Below are positions 37,627 to 51,539 of a stretch of 64,000 bases of DNA, in pieces. Below the pieces are notes generated by a model. The model worked only from the letters and a program-made list of their open reading frames with translations, made no database searches and had not been told where the DNA came from. The DNA is from Girardia tigrina (taxonomy: Eukaryota): NCBI GenBank assembly GCA_001938485.1, contig MQRK01195884.1:26949-90948 (forward strand). The letters are read 5' to 3'. A program made the position numbers and the translations under genes. Each line of letters begins with the position of its first letter. Positions within the stretch are counted from its first letter, which is position 1.

Positions 37627-38210
37627 ATTTCTCACCGACCGAGTATGAACTACAACTCGGAAAAATCGAATCCCGCGCTCCTCATCTGTTCGCGTTGTGG
37701 TCATCGTCGAGGGTGGTTGACACCCCCTCGCTTGAACGACGATCGTTGAAGGCGGCGACCGGAATTCTTTCGCCCGAATGGCGATCGCTAGCAGCTGCGG
37801 CCGGAAACCACGCTCCCCTGCTACCAGATGTTCCGTCTGATTTAAATAAAACGCCTTTGTTAGGGTTGCGTACTAAAGAGTGAAACGGGGAGATTCGGTC
37901 GCCTAGCAATAAGGCTTACCGTATTTCGGTGGCGTTCATACTTTCGAAGGGTCGCCACCTTACCCGCGCGCACCGTGATCCAGACGATGAAGGATCGGGG
38001 ATCGGTCACTCGTGACACATCGGAAATGGCGCAATTGATCGAGGAAGAGACGACCGATGTCGACGATTTACAATCGATAAACGCGACAATCGCTCCGCTG
38101 GAGTTGTTGTTCTGATGAATTCGGATTGTTTTGATTTTGCCATGACTAATGTCGGTTTCTTCGCAATTTTTCGGTAAATTATTAATCCATAAATAACAAG
38201 TGATTCTCAT
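37627..38210 (-). pseudogene. spen: Decayed copy of a spen/SPEN (Msx2-interacting protein) first exon
   Basis: MRITCYLWINNLPKNCEETDISHGKIKTIRI...AIVAFIDCKS resembles SPEN RRM1 (MVRETRHLWVGNLPE...FVDIKS) but has deletions and frame breaks. Ends at a strong donor gtaagt (37626). Confidence 0.65.
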
Positions 38211-39605
38211 GATTTGGAACAAACAGAAAGTAAATCTTTCGACAATTTATTCTCTTGTTGTTGTTGACTTGGATTTCCAGTAAATCATAAAATACGAGAG
38301 AAAATACGTTCTCGATTTGTAATTATTGGAATCGTTTTATTTATGGTATTATCCACAAAAAATTAAATATATACGGAAAAAATTGTGAATGAAAAATTAG
38401 CAAGGTTTTTTATTTAGAAATTTAAAAAAGTACATATAATTGGTATTATTAAAACACCAACAGTTTTTTTCAGTTTTTATCAAAAATTTATTGAAAATTT
38501 TTTTTAATTTTTAAAACTGAATTTTTCAGTTTTAAAAATTTCAGGAGTCGCAAGTCCAATTAAGAAAGTTTTTTTCAAAATTAAAAATCAAAAAAATAAA
38601 ATTAAATATCACTTAAAAAACTCTTAATTGGTTGCTACTGTTGATGCGATTTAGTGAACACTACAGCCTTTTTAATAATTTGATGACATTTTTATTATTT
38701 TGGGATTTATTGAGAAATGGTAAAAATTATTATTTTTAATTAATATTTTTTAGAATTTAAATATTTTAAAAAATGACTTAGAAAAATTGTTCGAATAATC
38801 ATGATTAAAAATAGAAATAAGAAAACCAATTAGAATGATGACAAACGATGAAAGACTTTCTGAGAGTCACAAGGACTCTAAATGCGATTATAATAAAAAT
38901 TCAAACGAGACTTGTCTAAATGTTCTTAATAAATGAACATCTAGTTAGATGAACACATTGAATGTACATTTGCAAGTTTAAAAGAACAACCATAACTAAA
39001 CAGAGTTATTCATATCTAAGAGATTGTATATTCTCCAGATTCGTGAAGTCTTTGTTATAAATTCATGTTAACAAAGATATTATTGTTCTCCGATTTCATG
39101 AAATTTCAGGTTTACAAAAACAAATTTCAAATTTTTAAAATGTTAAACTTGCATAAAATGTTAAAAGTCATAGGTAACAACCATTTCCAACTTCAAAATC
39201 ACTTGTATATATAGTTTCAAAAATACACATGTATTAAATGTACCTAACCATCTCAAGTACATATGAACTCCGTACTTCATATTTAAAACTGAAACAACAT
39301 CTTTTACAAAAGCAAAATATTCATTATACATAAAATTAAATGTATTTAATGTTTTAAATTAAAAATAGCAAATCTGATATCTGATATTAGGTGTATTATA
39401 TTTCAAATCATGCAAATAATTAATTTGGATAATTTCTAGATTTATTTGGAATTAAATTGAGGATCAAATTTTCTTTCAATTTTGTTGAATATTTAAATTT
39501 AAATATCTGTATCGTAATTTTAAATTCGAAACTGATTTTTAATTGCAAAAATATTATGTGGATGAAACAATTGAGAAAGCACGCACCGCGCTCAAAACTT
39601 TCAGA

Positions 39606-39642
<37 letters not shown>

Positions 39643-39770
39643 NNNNNNNNNNNNNNNNNNNNNNNNNNNNNNNNNNNNNNNNNNNNNNNNNNTATATATA
39701 TATATATAATTTTCTTTCAAATTTTGAAATGCATACCCTCTACATTTTTTACTAATGCTATATGATATTT

Positions 39771-42546
39771 CGGAGCACGACTTTTAAGTCTCGAAAATTA
39801 TATCTCGAAAATTAAAATTAAAAAAAAATAAAATTTGAGTAAATTTTAGAAAAAAATTAAAAATTCAAGTAAATTATAGACAAAAATGAAAAACTGTAAA
39901 ATTTAGAAATAAAATGAAAAATCTAATCAATTTGACAAAAAATGAAGAAATCCCGTAAAATTTAGAAATTATTTAGACGATTATTTAGGAACAAGTTTAT
40001 TATTTACAAACATAAATGGAAATCATTGGTCCATTTTAAAATTTTGTGCAAGGCCACGCAAATATTCGACAATTGTTCGCATGCCACCTTCTCCAAATCC
40101 GCCTTCAACAATGGCTGAAATTCTCTGGTCAGCTTCTTGGTACTTTTGACGTTTGTGACGTCGATGTTGGCCACCGAAAACTTCTTCATATTCCTTGTTA
40201 CGAGCGGCTTGAACAGCATTCAGCCCATCTATGAAATGCCAGATAGTCGGGTGGTCCATACAGAGCACCTTTTGCAATTGTTTATTTGCTGATTCAGAAA
40301 ATTTATTTGTACGATCGTTATTGTCCAAGACACGACGATGCAAGTTCCTAAAAAATAAATATATCATTAATAAAACTAATAATTAAATACTTACCAGATC
40401 CGTGGTGAGAACAATGGTTCACGACGTCGAATTCGATTACCGCGACCAATAATACGTCCAAAATAACTATCTTCTAGCCAATCTGCCAATACTTGGAGTT
40501 CATCTCGGAAATTATCTGGAAACGCTTGAACAAGAGCCTCGAAAGCGTCATCAAGCTTATCAAGTGGAACGAAAGTCAAAGCTGTGATCATTTTTCACCA
40601 TAAACGAAAATCAGTATTGTCATCGTAAAGAGACCTGAGACCTGATATTAACCAAATTATACAAAATCAAAAGTATGAATTTTCAAAACCTGAACTTTTC
40701 GGTAACTTTTCTGCACATTGCCAGATTTAAATGAAAAAAAATATCCATGAATTTCAACATTTGGCCATGCTCCTTGAATTGATCGAAATTCTGCCAACTC
40801 AAAATCTGTTGCTGCTGATGTCAGATTCATTTGTGGACGAAGTTCTCTGATCAACCGAAACAATCAATCGTATGTTTCACGGCTTTTATTCGGCAGCAAT
40901 GCATAAAACAAATGAATAACATAAGAGCCACGCAAAGCCAAAATTGAGAACACTTGACCAAAAATTTGAGGACAAACCTAAAATAAAAAGCGTTTAACAA
41001 CAAAATTATAAATTGAAAGTAGTTGAAAAAATTACCTTGAATGTTCCATCCATGTATAGTTTGTCAACTTGATTTGACCATTCAGCATGGGCCTCACATG
41101 CTAACAGAAGAATGCGATCTAAGCCATTTGCATCGTCAATCAATAAGAAGCGTTCATTCCTGTATTGTTGGTATATCTCTGGAATGACAAGTTCTGCTGA
41201 GGTCTGTTGATCAGGTAGCTCTTGCTTCATCTCATTGCGAACACATTGAATAGCCGTTGCTATAATATAATTTTTTGGCAACTGGCCCATTAAAGTTTCA
41301 GAGTTTCCTTAAAGTGCATGACTGATCAAGTGATTTGTTAACTAAAAAATAATGTTCATTTCATTATAATGAGGCCAAATTCATCAGTAAAAAACACAGG
41401 TGAGTTTTAAGATGTTTACTTTATTTTTTCGACTTATAAAAAATAATTTTAAATTAATAATGAATATATTAAGATAAGCAAAAAAATAATTACCTCTTGA
41501 ATCTCGATTGCACGACGCTTGATGACATTACGGATACAAGTTGTTTCAACTGAAGCGGGATCACTTTCATGATTGTGTACGTTGATTTGCTTGATTATTT
41601 CACCATTTCGAACGTGTAATCGAGCCGGACACGAATCTTTGTTCATCTTCTGACAGCGCCAAAATCCAACGGTTCCATCCATCTTGCTCCATATATAGAA
41701 GACATATTTGTATCCTTTATTGACAAAAATGTCTCAATTGCGATTAGTCTTCAACTGAACTGTCATTTTAAACTTTCGCAAATAATAAATATAAACAAAC
41801 AATCTGAGACTTAATAAATGTATTAGATTTTTCATTTTTCTGTATTCATGAAATACACTTCTAATGAACCAGTTGATATGAAATTGAAAATACGGAAGAA
41901 TTTTTCATTCCATGAAATTCTTCATTCTATGGGGATTATTTCTCAACAGAATTCAAAACATTTAGAGCAAGATGTGGTCCTTACTTTATCATCAATATTG
42001 ATTCAAACAATATAATCAAAGGTCTCATTTTTTTTCTTATTTTGCTATTTTCATCACTAAAAAGCACTGTATTTCCTTCATCCGATTCATAAAACTAAAA
42101 TGCAACATTTCTAGGATTTAAAATTGAATATATGCTTTTTCGTCTTTTAATTAATCAAACATTTAATGATGAGTTATGAATTTAATAACATTAAATAATA
42201 ACATGTAATAATTGTATGTTTCCTATTTCATTTCTTTATCTTATGGATTAAATTAACGATGGGGCAATCCATTTACTTCTATCCTTTTGAATAAACCATT
42301 ACTTTATCTTATCTTTTCCTTCATATCATGAAATATATTAAGTTATTCTTTTTGTATTTTTGTTTCTCGAAGTTAAAACTTTTAATATAGCTTTTTTTCA
42401 CTTTTTCAAAATTTTACTTGAATTTGTATTTTTTTTCTATATTTTACTTGAATTTTTCATTTTTTTCTAAATTTTAATTGAATTTTTCATTTTTTTAAAT
42501 TTCAATTTCCGAGACTTAATTTTCAAAACTTAAATGTCATACCTCC
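39771..42546 (-). mobile_element. Decayed full-length MULE with a FLYWCH domain and a spliced transposase gene
   Basis: TIRs ggagcacgacttttaagtctcgaaaatta / taattttcaaaacttaaatgtcatacctcc; 9-bp TSD atgatattt/aagatactt. Motifs FWRC..CPARLH..HNH, YMDGTFK, TDFE, ALTFVP, RTNKFSES..HPTIW. Confidence 0.9.
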
Positions 42547-42583
42547 AAGATACTTAAATATAAAATTTCATCTTTCTAACATA

Positions 42584-43712
42584 CAGTGCCCCCCCCCCAG
42601 TAAACCCGCGGGTGCTAGGAGCCATTAATTTAACCCGCGGTTTACTGAAAGTTAGCATTTGTAGCAGTATAAAATTGGGTATTTGTAAAATATGAAATTT
42701 TAGGTCAGTTACACATTCAAAATAAGGTATACTCAACGCTTATTTTAAAAATATCTAAATACAAGTGGTTCATAATAAAATGGTTCATATGTATTTAACT
42801 CTCGAATTGATTAACACTAAAGACGGTTCCAATAAATTTATTTATTCCAATAAAATATAAAGTCGTAAAATTTAATCACAGTCATTTTGTGTTAGTGTTT
42901 AGTCTATTATTTATTTACTTGAAAAAAGTCTGTGATTCTTTTTCTGTTTCGGTTGATTTTGAAGTTTGATATCAGAAATAAGTCTCTTCATCATAAGAAG
43001 CTTAGCAAAATTATTCGGCTTACTTTCAAAGTAGAGGATTGCTGTTTCAATTCCTTTGATGGCTTCTGCAGCAGTTGGAACGGGGATCACAACTCCACCA
43101 TCGTCATCATCCTTAGGACTATCCTCTCCAGTACCATTGGCTGTTGTGTTTGTCTGAGTCACGAGAGCAACAATTGATTCATCTGATAGCATCTCAAACG
43201 TGGGTTCTGAATTGTCACATTGTAACCACGCATCATCAGCTGGTTAATCGATATTCAGTTCGTGAAGCAAATCAGAAAGATCGATTAGCTCACTGGATTC
43301 TTCAAGCAACTAACTGATGTCTTCAGGCTGTGAACTATTGTTGGTTGCATTTTTTGGAAAAAGAAATTAAAACCCTTTGCACCAACAATTTCTAACGGTG
43401 CTTGTAGTTACTGAGTCTCAAGAATCTGCAGCCAAGTACATCATTTCCTTGATATCGATTATGGTGACAAATGTTCGATGCTGACTTCTTGCCAGACCAT
43501 TTTAAGTAACATTTTTTTACGGTAAAGTTGCTTTTAAAAATTATAACAATAAATTAAAAATATATAAGCATTGTTATGTATTATTGCCGTGTTTTAATAA
43601 TAATATCAGGTTTAAAAATGACAACAAATAAAAAATTTTTTGGGATCCATACATCCAGCCGCGGTTTAACTGATCCACGGTTAAGCGAGCAGCGGTTTAC
43701 TGGGGGGCACTG
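42584..43712 (-). mobile_element. Internally deleted Tigger/pogo-type element
   Basis: TA|cagtgccccccccc(c)agtaaacc ... ggtttactggggggcactg|TA; C-terminal remnant TVRNCW, LSDESIV, VPTAAEAIKGIETA. Confidence 0.85.
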
Positions 43713-43879
43713 TAATTGCAACCAGTGCCGACCGAGGTTCAAAGTTTAGTGAAAAACGTGTTATGTCTTGATATTTCGGTCTGGTATAAAATCATTATAA
43801 ATGCAATATATTAAAGTGAATAAAAGTAAAAATTCAATAAAATGAAGATTAATCTTTAATCAAAAACATAAAGTAATAA

Positions 43880-45145
43880 TAATCAGTCAGGGTAACTTCT
43901 TTTTAGAGTTGTTTTTTATAGTCTGGATACAAAAAATCTACAACAATTTAAATATATGACAAAAAGTCAATTTAACTTAAAGTTTTGACGGGTCATAGCG
44001 TTTGCTACAATCTGAGGTTTTGTCCCGGTTGAAGTTGGCAATCATCTTCTTCTTAGTTTGGTTATCAACTGCATCATCAAACAGTGATAGAATAACTGTC
44101 TCTTCACATAAATACAACAAGTGATGGCTAAACTTGCTGATAGAAGCTTTAGAAATTGTTGCGTCAACTTTTTCGTACTCTTTTAGCATCTTCAAGAAGC
44201 GCAAATCTGGGTTAGTTGCTTTCATCGCCACTGTACATTCGAGCCAATGTTTAACATATAACATCACGACAAATAAGCAAACATATTGTAGAGTCTCATT
44301 GTCCTTCACAGTTATTCTACATTGTGACTGAAGTAAACATATTTTTAAAGAATAGATCGCTCTCGTTATCCAGCGTGCCTGATGCATGGCTCCGGGAGCT
44401 TAAGTTTTTATTTTTTCCTCTGTGTCTCCTCCCAAAAATAAAACGCACAGTTCGACCAATTCACGATAGTCATCTCTTAAATAACCTTTGTCTAATTCTG
44501 CCTTATAAAATATTAACAAAGCTTGAATATCTATCTCGGCGGTAGGTTGTTTTACGAAATTAAGAGATGGTTCAATGTTACTAGTGTCGATGTTTTTCCA
44601 ATTTTCTCTGAACTTTTTAAACATTGGAATCAATTGGAATTCATTGGAATCTGGGCTACTAGTAATTTGCTTAATTTTGCTTTCAAAGACAGCTTTTAGG
44701 AAAAATTCATAAACATGATGACGACAGGGAAAAGCAGCAATTCTCTTTCGAAAGTTTGCTCCAAAATAGCACAAGCTCCATTGAAACGGCCAGTATTGGA
44801 AACTGTTGTGTCGCAGCACATTATTTGTACTTTATCGTGAAGGTTCCAGTCAAAGAGAGCTTTTGAGACAGCATTAGCTTGATGTTTTCCAGAGGAATAT
44901 TCTAGTTTCGGCACTGCAAGAAGCTGTTCCTTATCGTCAAACGAAGCAATAACTGGCAAGCTTTCTTCTTTAGAACTTCGTACATCCAAAGCGGGTAATA
45001 GTTTTCCATCCCAACGGACTGTGACTACGTCGGGTACATTGTTTTGGAAGTCAGATTTTATTGCTTCTGCCCTTGATTTTCTAGTTTCAGTACGAATTCG
45101 CTGAATCGAGGATTTATTAATAGGGAAATCATCACTGCTCAGACT
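43880..45145 (-). pseudogene. hATm-like transposase remnant
   Basis: EQLLAVPKL..G, CCDTTVSNTGRFNGAC, PCRHH, RDDYRELVEL, PGAMHQARW. Confidence 0.8.
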
Positions 45146-45839
45146 ATATCTTGATATGCCAATGTCTCACCGTGATGGATCTGATGTCATAAGACACAGT
45201 GAAACAACCGCTTTTTCACAATAAATATCGGATCTAAGTAGTCTGGGACGTGTAAGTCTTGTTTTGGTATGTGAACTCTGGAATTTTGTAAAAATAAATA
45301 GTTAACGTATCTGCAAGTATTTGGAAAATTGCCACTGTAGGGTTCTTGATCGATAAAAGAAGTCATGAACGTAAAACTTTATTTCTAGTAATTTTCAATT
45401 TAGTAATTACAAAAATGATTTAAACTTTAAATTAAAAATGAATTTTTTTATATTTTAAGAAAATGATTATTAAAATATTATTTATGAAATATTAATTTAA
45501 TTTTAAAATTGGTTTTTTAAATTTTAATAATTGATAAAACAATCTGACGTTTAAAAATACTTAAAATATCAATCTTCCATCTGGGTGGGAGAAACACAAT
45601 CCTAAAATAACATACCAAACAACACACAATAAACACCATTCAAATATATTTCTCACAAGAATAAAATATAAACATAATTAAAACATAAAGAAAATATAAA
45701 TATAATATTTTGCTACGACGAATTACTTAATTTTCATTTTGCTGATCGAAATTCAAATAATTACATATTATTTAAGATTAAAATCAAATTAAAAACTTTA
45801 AGTTAAATATTTTAAATAATACTTTAAAATTGAAGTTTT

Positions 45840-46091
45840 CATTTTCCCTAAATTTTATTTGAATTTTTTTATGTTTTTTTAAATTTATTTGAATTTTTCA
45901 TTTTTTCTAAAAATTATTTTTTCTAAAATTTACTCAAACCTTTACTTTTTTTCTAAAATTTACTTGAATTTTTCATTTTTTCAAAACTTTACTGGAGTTT
46001 TTCATTTTTTAAAATTTTTATTTCCGAGACTTAATTGTTCTGAGACTTAATTTTCGAGATTTAATTTTCAAGACTTAAATGTCGTGCCCCC
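45840..46091. repeat. Isolated TIR of the 39771-42546 MULE family (another near 55083-55140)
   Basis: ttccgagacttaatt...caagacttaaatgtcgtgcccc matches the MULE terminus. Confidence 0.7.
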
Positions 46092-46199
46092 ATTGTTCTA
46101 GTGATTGAAGTATGGGAATATATCAAAAAAGGTTTTCCACACACTTTGTAGTGGTATTCCAGGCACGCAATTCAACTGGGAATAATGGATCTTGAAGTT

Positions 46200-46560
46200 A
46201 CTGACTTCGGTATTTATCTGGTAAATGGCTCACGAAAGTCTTATCCCTTGGTCTGTAAGCCTTTGTGTTCGTTCAAGCTGCTAAAACGTCATAGTGTTTT
46301 AGCATAATTGCAGCAAGATAAGAATCATCTTTGGATAACCCCAAAACTATAGAGTTAATCTTGGTTGATGGTTTTACATATATGTTCGACATCATCCGGC
46401 CTCCAATCGGCTTCCATGTCACCAACTTTATTTGATAATTCATCATTGCTATCGAAAGGAATGTTTAAATCATTCGGTGGCACAGGAGGCTCCTCTCCTG
46501 TGTCATATGGTCTTGGCAGGACTGCTGACGGTAAATCAGAGTTATGAATAAGACAAACTT
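46200..46560 (-). pseudogene. Probable Sola-like transposase N-terminal remnant
   Basis: DLPSAVLPRPYDTGEEPPVPP and GLSKDDSYLAAIML..YRPR resemble, from memory, the PSA..PVPH..PVP and DL.LSK motifs of Sola transposases. Confidence 0.4.
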
Positions 46561-48862
46561 GTTAATAAAGACTTGTTTTATAAGTTTTGGAATTGTTGAC
46601 TCATTCACGTCTATTTGAAATATTCTGAAAAAAATCTATTGTAATTGTTTAAGTATTAATATTATAAAATAATTTACAAGAAAATTATATTACAAATTGC
46701 AGCAATTACACAATTTGAAGCAACGCTCAATTCGAACGCCTTAAAATAATTGGATATATATGTTATTTTTATAAATGTTACATATATAATGTTATTTTTT
46801 ATTTGTTTCTTTTCATTTTTTAAATTTATTATATTGTTTTAACGTGTAAACATCGAACGTTGTTTCGAAATATAAAAATATATTATTATCATTTTTTTCT
46901 GAATTTACATAAACTCTGGATGTATATTAGAGAAAGGACTATCATATATGTGTTCAGCATAAAATTTTGAATACAGTAGAGGTAAAGACTTCTTTGTATA
47001 AGTTTGACTGTCGGGTAGTGATATCAATTTAATATTTGGATTGGAATTTAAATAACCAGAATGTGTCAATTACAAAAAAGGTAACAGTTCTTGGAGTAGA
47101 TGTAAATAATGTCGATGGAAAAATTATTTTGAAGAGAGGCAATTAAATACAAGATGAAGATTTTTCCGAATCTTTATCGAATCGAGAACTTTATTCTTTA
47201 TGCGAAAACGTTGAAAATAGAATTTTAACCCTAGCAATTCAAACATGGCTGATGAATTGACTAGGGTACCGAAGATCCTGACAAAAAGCGTATGTTGCAC
47301 TACTTCGACGACAGTTAAAATAGAAAAATTAAATGAACTTCAGCAAAAATTTCACGAGGACGGAAAAGAATAAAATTTCTTGGTAAAGAGGAAAATATCC
47401 AAGTGACAAATACATAAAGAATTTAATTTCAAAATGTCTACATTGTCAGTCTATTGATTCAACACCGGTGAAATGAGAAAAGGTACATTTATCAGTAAAA
47501 TGTAATTGGTATCAACTGGCAATGGATGTAACAAAATATATTGGGAAGAAGAACTTAAGTTGAATTGACTGCGAACTAACAAGATTATCAATTCGGAGTG
47601 AAATTTGAAATGAAAGTCGAAATTATATTATTCAAACAAGGAACTCCTTCTGAATTGTAAGTCTTTAATTATACTCCTAATTTGTTGAACTGGCATGTTG
47701 CTGGAAATGGGAGTTGACATATCGTGCTCGCAACGGATTAATCGGTCACGACATTGTAGGAAGAAATCACCGAACAATGAAGATAATCAAAGCGTGATCA
47801 AAAATAACGATAGAAGAAGCTTTATGGTGATACAATAATACACCAACAAAAAATAAAGAACCGTCGACTTGTATGATATACAAGTATAATTATTACAGAC
47901 GTAAGGAGACTGTAGTTAGAAACAATGTTTATGTAAAAGGTAAAGAGATAGAATTTTGTGACTATCGATTGATGTTGGTTAAACCGATGCTAATTACAAC
48001 CTTCAATCTACAATGGTTAAGAGGCATAACGATGAATAAGTTTTTTTACTGCAATTATATAGTTGAATAAGACTGTTCACGATTCCCTATGCATGTCAGG
48101 GATTTACGACCGATAAGAGTTGAACCAGCGCAACAAAGATTAAACCGAATTTTACCGATGTAACTTCAGAAACTGATGAATACTAGAAGGACATGCATTC
48201 GGAGAAAACTGAAGTATTTAGAAGATTGCTTCCTAGATGCAGATTCTATTACAAACGAATCTGATGGAGATTGGGAAATACATTAAAATATTTTATTTAA
48301 CGAATATTAGTTTAATATTAAAAATTCTTATAAATAAAGTTTACTTATTTCAATTTACTCTATGACAAATATGTTGATGCAAATACAAAGATATTAAAAG
48401 TCACAGTTGCAGCATATTGAATTTATAATTCTATACACATAAATAATATCTCAGATATTTTAATTAAAATAGAAAAGTAGTTTGAAAAATTATAATTTAA
48501 TAATAATGTTATAATAATTCTAAACGGGAAATAACATTTTGAAATTTGTAATTTACGTTGAAGGATGTTAATTGAATATGTTGACATACGCGGAAACCGA
48601 GTTTGAAAGCTGACCTCCGGCTTTTAGGAGAGGAATTCTTAATGACTATTTCCACTTTCAATATTATTCTTGCATTACTTCAAACTTTCTTTGAGACAAT
48701 GTCATTATTTTTCTGATTTTTTTAAAAGATTATTTCGTATTATAAATTACATGAAAGAAATTGTTAAAATTATTTTATGTAGACAGACATGGAACAATTT
48801 GTTTTAATTAAAGCATTTTTATAATTTTAGTAAATTAACAGCTGTACATTTGTCTTTTCTTT

Positions 48863-48883
48863 CCCTAACCCTAACCCTAACCC
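48863..48883 (-). repeat. Short interstitial (TTAGGG)3.5 tract
   Basis: ccctaaccctaaccctaaccc. Confidence 0.8.
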
Positions 48884-49147
48884 CTTTATGGTAGGGAAAG
48901 TCGTTAATTAATGATATAGATTTTATTTCAACAGCAAAATTTTTGCATAATCAGAACAAATGAATTTTCAAATAATTTTCTAATAACATACTTATAACAA
49001 GTAAAGAACAATTTTACCTTTATTTATTATAATTAATTCAATTACTATTTGAAAATAACCACATGAAACATAATTATTTAAAATTTCTACTTTAAACTAT
49101 TGCAGAATTTGTACAAAAATCATAATAATGACACATTTTAACTAATT

Positions 49148-49148
<1 letters not shown>

Positions 49149-49213
<65 letters not shown>
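49149..49213. repeat. (TAA)n microsatellite
   Basis: About 21 perfect units; this explains the poly-Leu ORF 49092-49280. Confidence 0.95.
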
Positions 49214-49339
49214 TGAAATTCCATGATATAGAACTATTTTGCATAACAATATAGTTTAAATAATTACTTTTAAAATACAAATATATATATTTTATGTTTA
49301 TTTATTTATTTAAAGACGGATAACTCTTTACTACAATTA

Positions 49340-50030
49340 TTAGGTCTTGTAATAATTAATGTCGTTTTAAAAAAAATATTTGAAAAAAAATTATTAAAAC
49401 AAACAAAAGAATTTAATCAACAATATAGTCACAGTTGTTTTCAATTAGTTGTGCCCAACGTTCAGGTAACATCTTAATACCTCTGTTATCAAATCCTAGT
49501 GATTTATATTCAAAAAATTCAGACAAGGTGTTTTTGATGCACTCTTCATTTTTGAAATTTATTTAACTAAGAAAATGTTGCAATGAACAAAGCAAATGGT
49601 AATCTGATGGTGCAATATCTGGAGAATATGCAGGTTATGGTAGAACTTCCCATCCCAACTGGCATATTTTATCCGCTGTGAATCTTACGGTATGCGGTCA
49701 TGAGTTATCATGATGAAGAATTACACCCTTCCGATTAATCAATGCGGGTTCTTTTTTTCTCGAAGCTTGGTCTGACCTTTCATATTGCGCACTATACACT
49801 CCACTTGTAATGGTTTGGTTGTTTGGTAAGAGTTCAAAATGAAAAAACCTTTAAAATTTTACCAAACACACAAATCACCTTTTTCACATGCAAGTCAGGC
49901 TTTGGCGTGGGTTTCGCTGCTTTGCTTTTGTCCAATCATTGTGGTTGTCTCTTCCGATTAACATGAAGCACCCATTTTTCATCTCCCGTAACAATTTGCT
50001 CTAAAAAGCTGTCGCAAGCTCTTTTTGCGT
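49340..50030 (-). mobile_element. mariner transposase 3' fragment with TIR (second same-orientation TIR at 50329)
   Basis: IVTGDEKWV, HHDN..PH, AYSPDIAPSDYHL; TA|ttaggtc terminus. Confidence 0.85.
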
Positions 50031-51065
50031 AATTTTAGGATTTGTGACCACAAGAGCCTCAAGTGCTTCCTAGTCAAAATCAGCTACACGGCCTCGACAA
50101 TTTTCGTCATTCAACGAAAAATTTCCATCTCGAAATTTCTTAAACTAACGCTGACATTTTCTGACTCAAACTGTATCTTAACCCAAAGCACTACATTTAT
50201 TTTTAGTAGCCTCATTTGCTTTTCTTCCCAACTGGAACTCATAAAGCATGCAATGCCTTATAATATAAGGCATATAAGTATAATATAAGTATATGATTCA
50301 CCACCCTGTGCGTCAATGCAGAGTATTATTAGGTCTAGTAATAATTAATGTTGTTTATTTAATCTTTATTTAAATGCATCAATATAACTTACTAACCTGC
50401 GGTAAATACAAAAAGTGTGGTATATCCAAAAAAGGAAAGCTTTATTAACAAGGTTTGTTGCAAAATCTTGTGTTTTAATTGTTGAATTCTTTTCGAAGTA
50501 GGTGGTAAAGGATGGTTGATGAAGACCATATAAGCCTTATATGCCGTTATAGCCATCCATCAGTTTCAGGATTTATCATTAATGTAATTAATAAATAAAC
50601 ATATTTTTTAAAAAATGTTTATACAAGATTGATACAATTAAAATTAAGATTGTTTGTTAATAATTAATAAATAAACATTGTGGTGCTTCTTTTTAGAAAA
50701 AACTATAATTAAAAAAATGAATAATAAAAAAAACTTAAAGTTGTTTAAATAATGTACTCCATTATTGAAAAAAAATAAAATTGGTTTTTGAATAAATGTC
50801 TAAAAACTGTCTTGATCATGTCACACGGCTTGTGTGACTAAACTTCAGATGCGATAGTTGCTGATCTGCAACCATCAGCGATCTGTAATAATCAATCTTT
50901 TATTAACTTTTTTTTCAAAATATGTTTATTTATTAATGATATTAGTAATAAATCCTAAATCTCAACAATTGTTTATAAAATTATGTTATTTAATTATGAT
51001 ATATACAAATTCCTTTTTGGTTTAATTTTTGGTAATTTTATAAATCTGTTCAATCAATGGACGAT

Positions 51066-51105
51066 CCACCTGATGATATTCTGATAAGAACGAAACATGT
51101 CATGA
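51066..51105 (+). ncRNA. Minimal hammerhead motif (core intact, stems mismatched)
   Basis: CAC CTGATGA T ATTC TGATAA GAAC GAAA CATG TC ATG. Confidence 0.55.
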
Positions 51106-51539
51106 TTTGTGAAATAATAAATGATTACTTAACAAAATGTTTATGTTCTTTTCAGTTTCTGAATGAAGGGTTCGAGTGCACCCGGAATTCAAAAGGGAGC
51201 AACACCTCGGATGTAATTATAGCAACTTTTGAGATTCCCTCCTTCTTCTCTTTCATCGTCAACCGGAAAATTAAATCGAAAACTTTGCTAAAATGAAATT
51301 TTACCCACATAATTTTTGGCCTCCAGGTCATAAATATAAATTCAGTATTTCTGTTTCCGATTTATACGGCAATCGTTTCTTTGATCTAAGAGTCGCTCCT
51401 GTCGATTCCGATGAGTTGCTGGGCAAATGAAATCCAAAGATTTTCAATTTTACAATTTTTATTGTAAAGTACCGTATAATGTGTTACTTTAATACCTGGT
51501 ATGGACTGACCTGATAATTATATTATTATTCCTCTCAGC

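Noticed and set aside
48589-48655. tRNA-like or SINE head on the minus strand
   Set aside because: A/B boxes are too degenerate and no cloverleaf can be drawn.
48863-48883. Telomere or chromosome fusion site
   Set aside because: Only 3.5 repeats; such short tracts are common in repeats.
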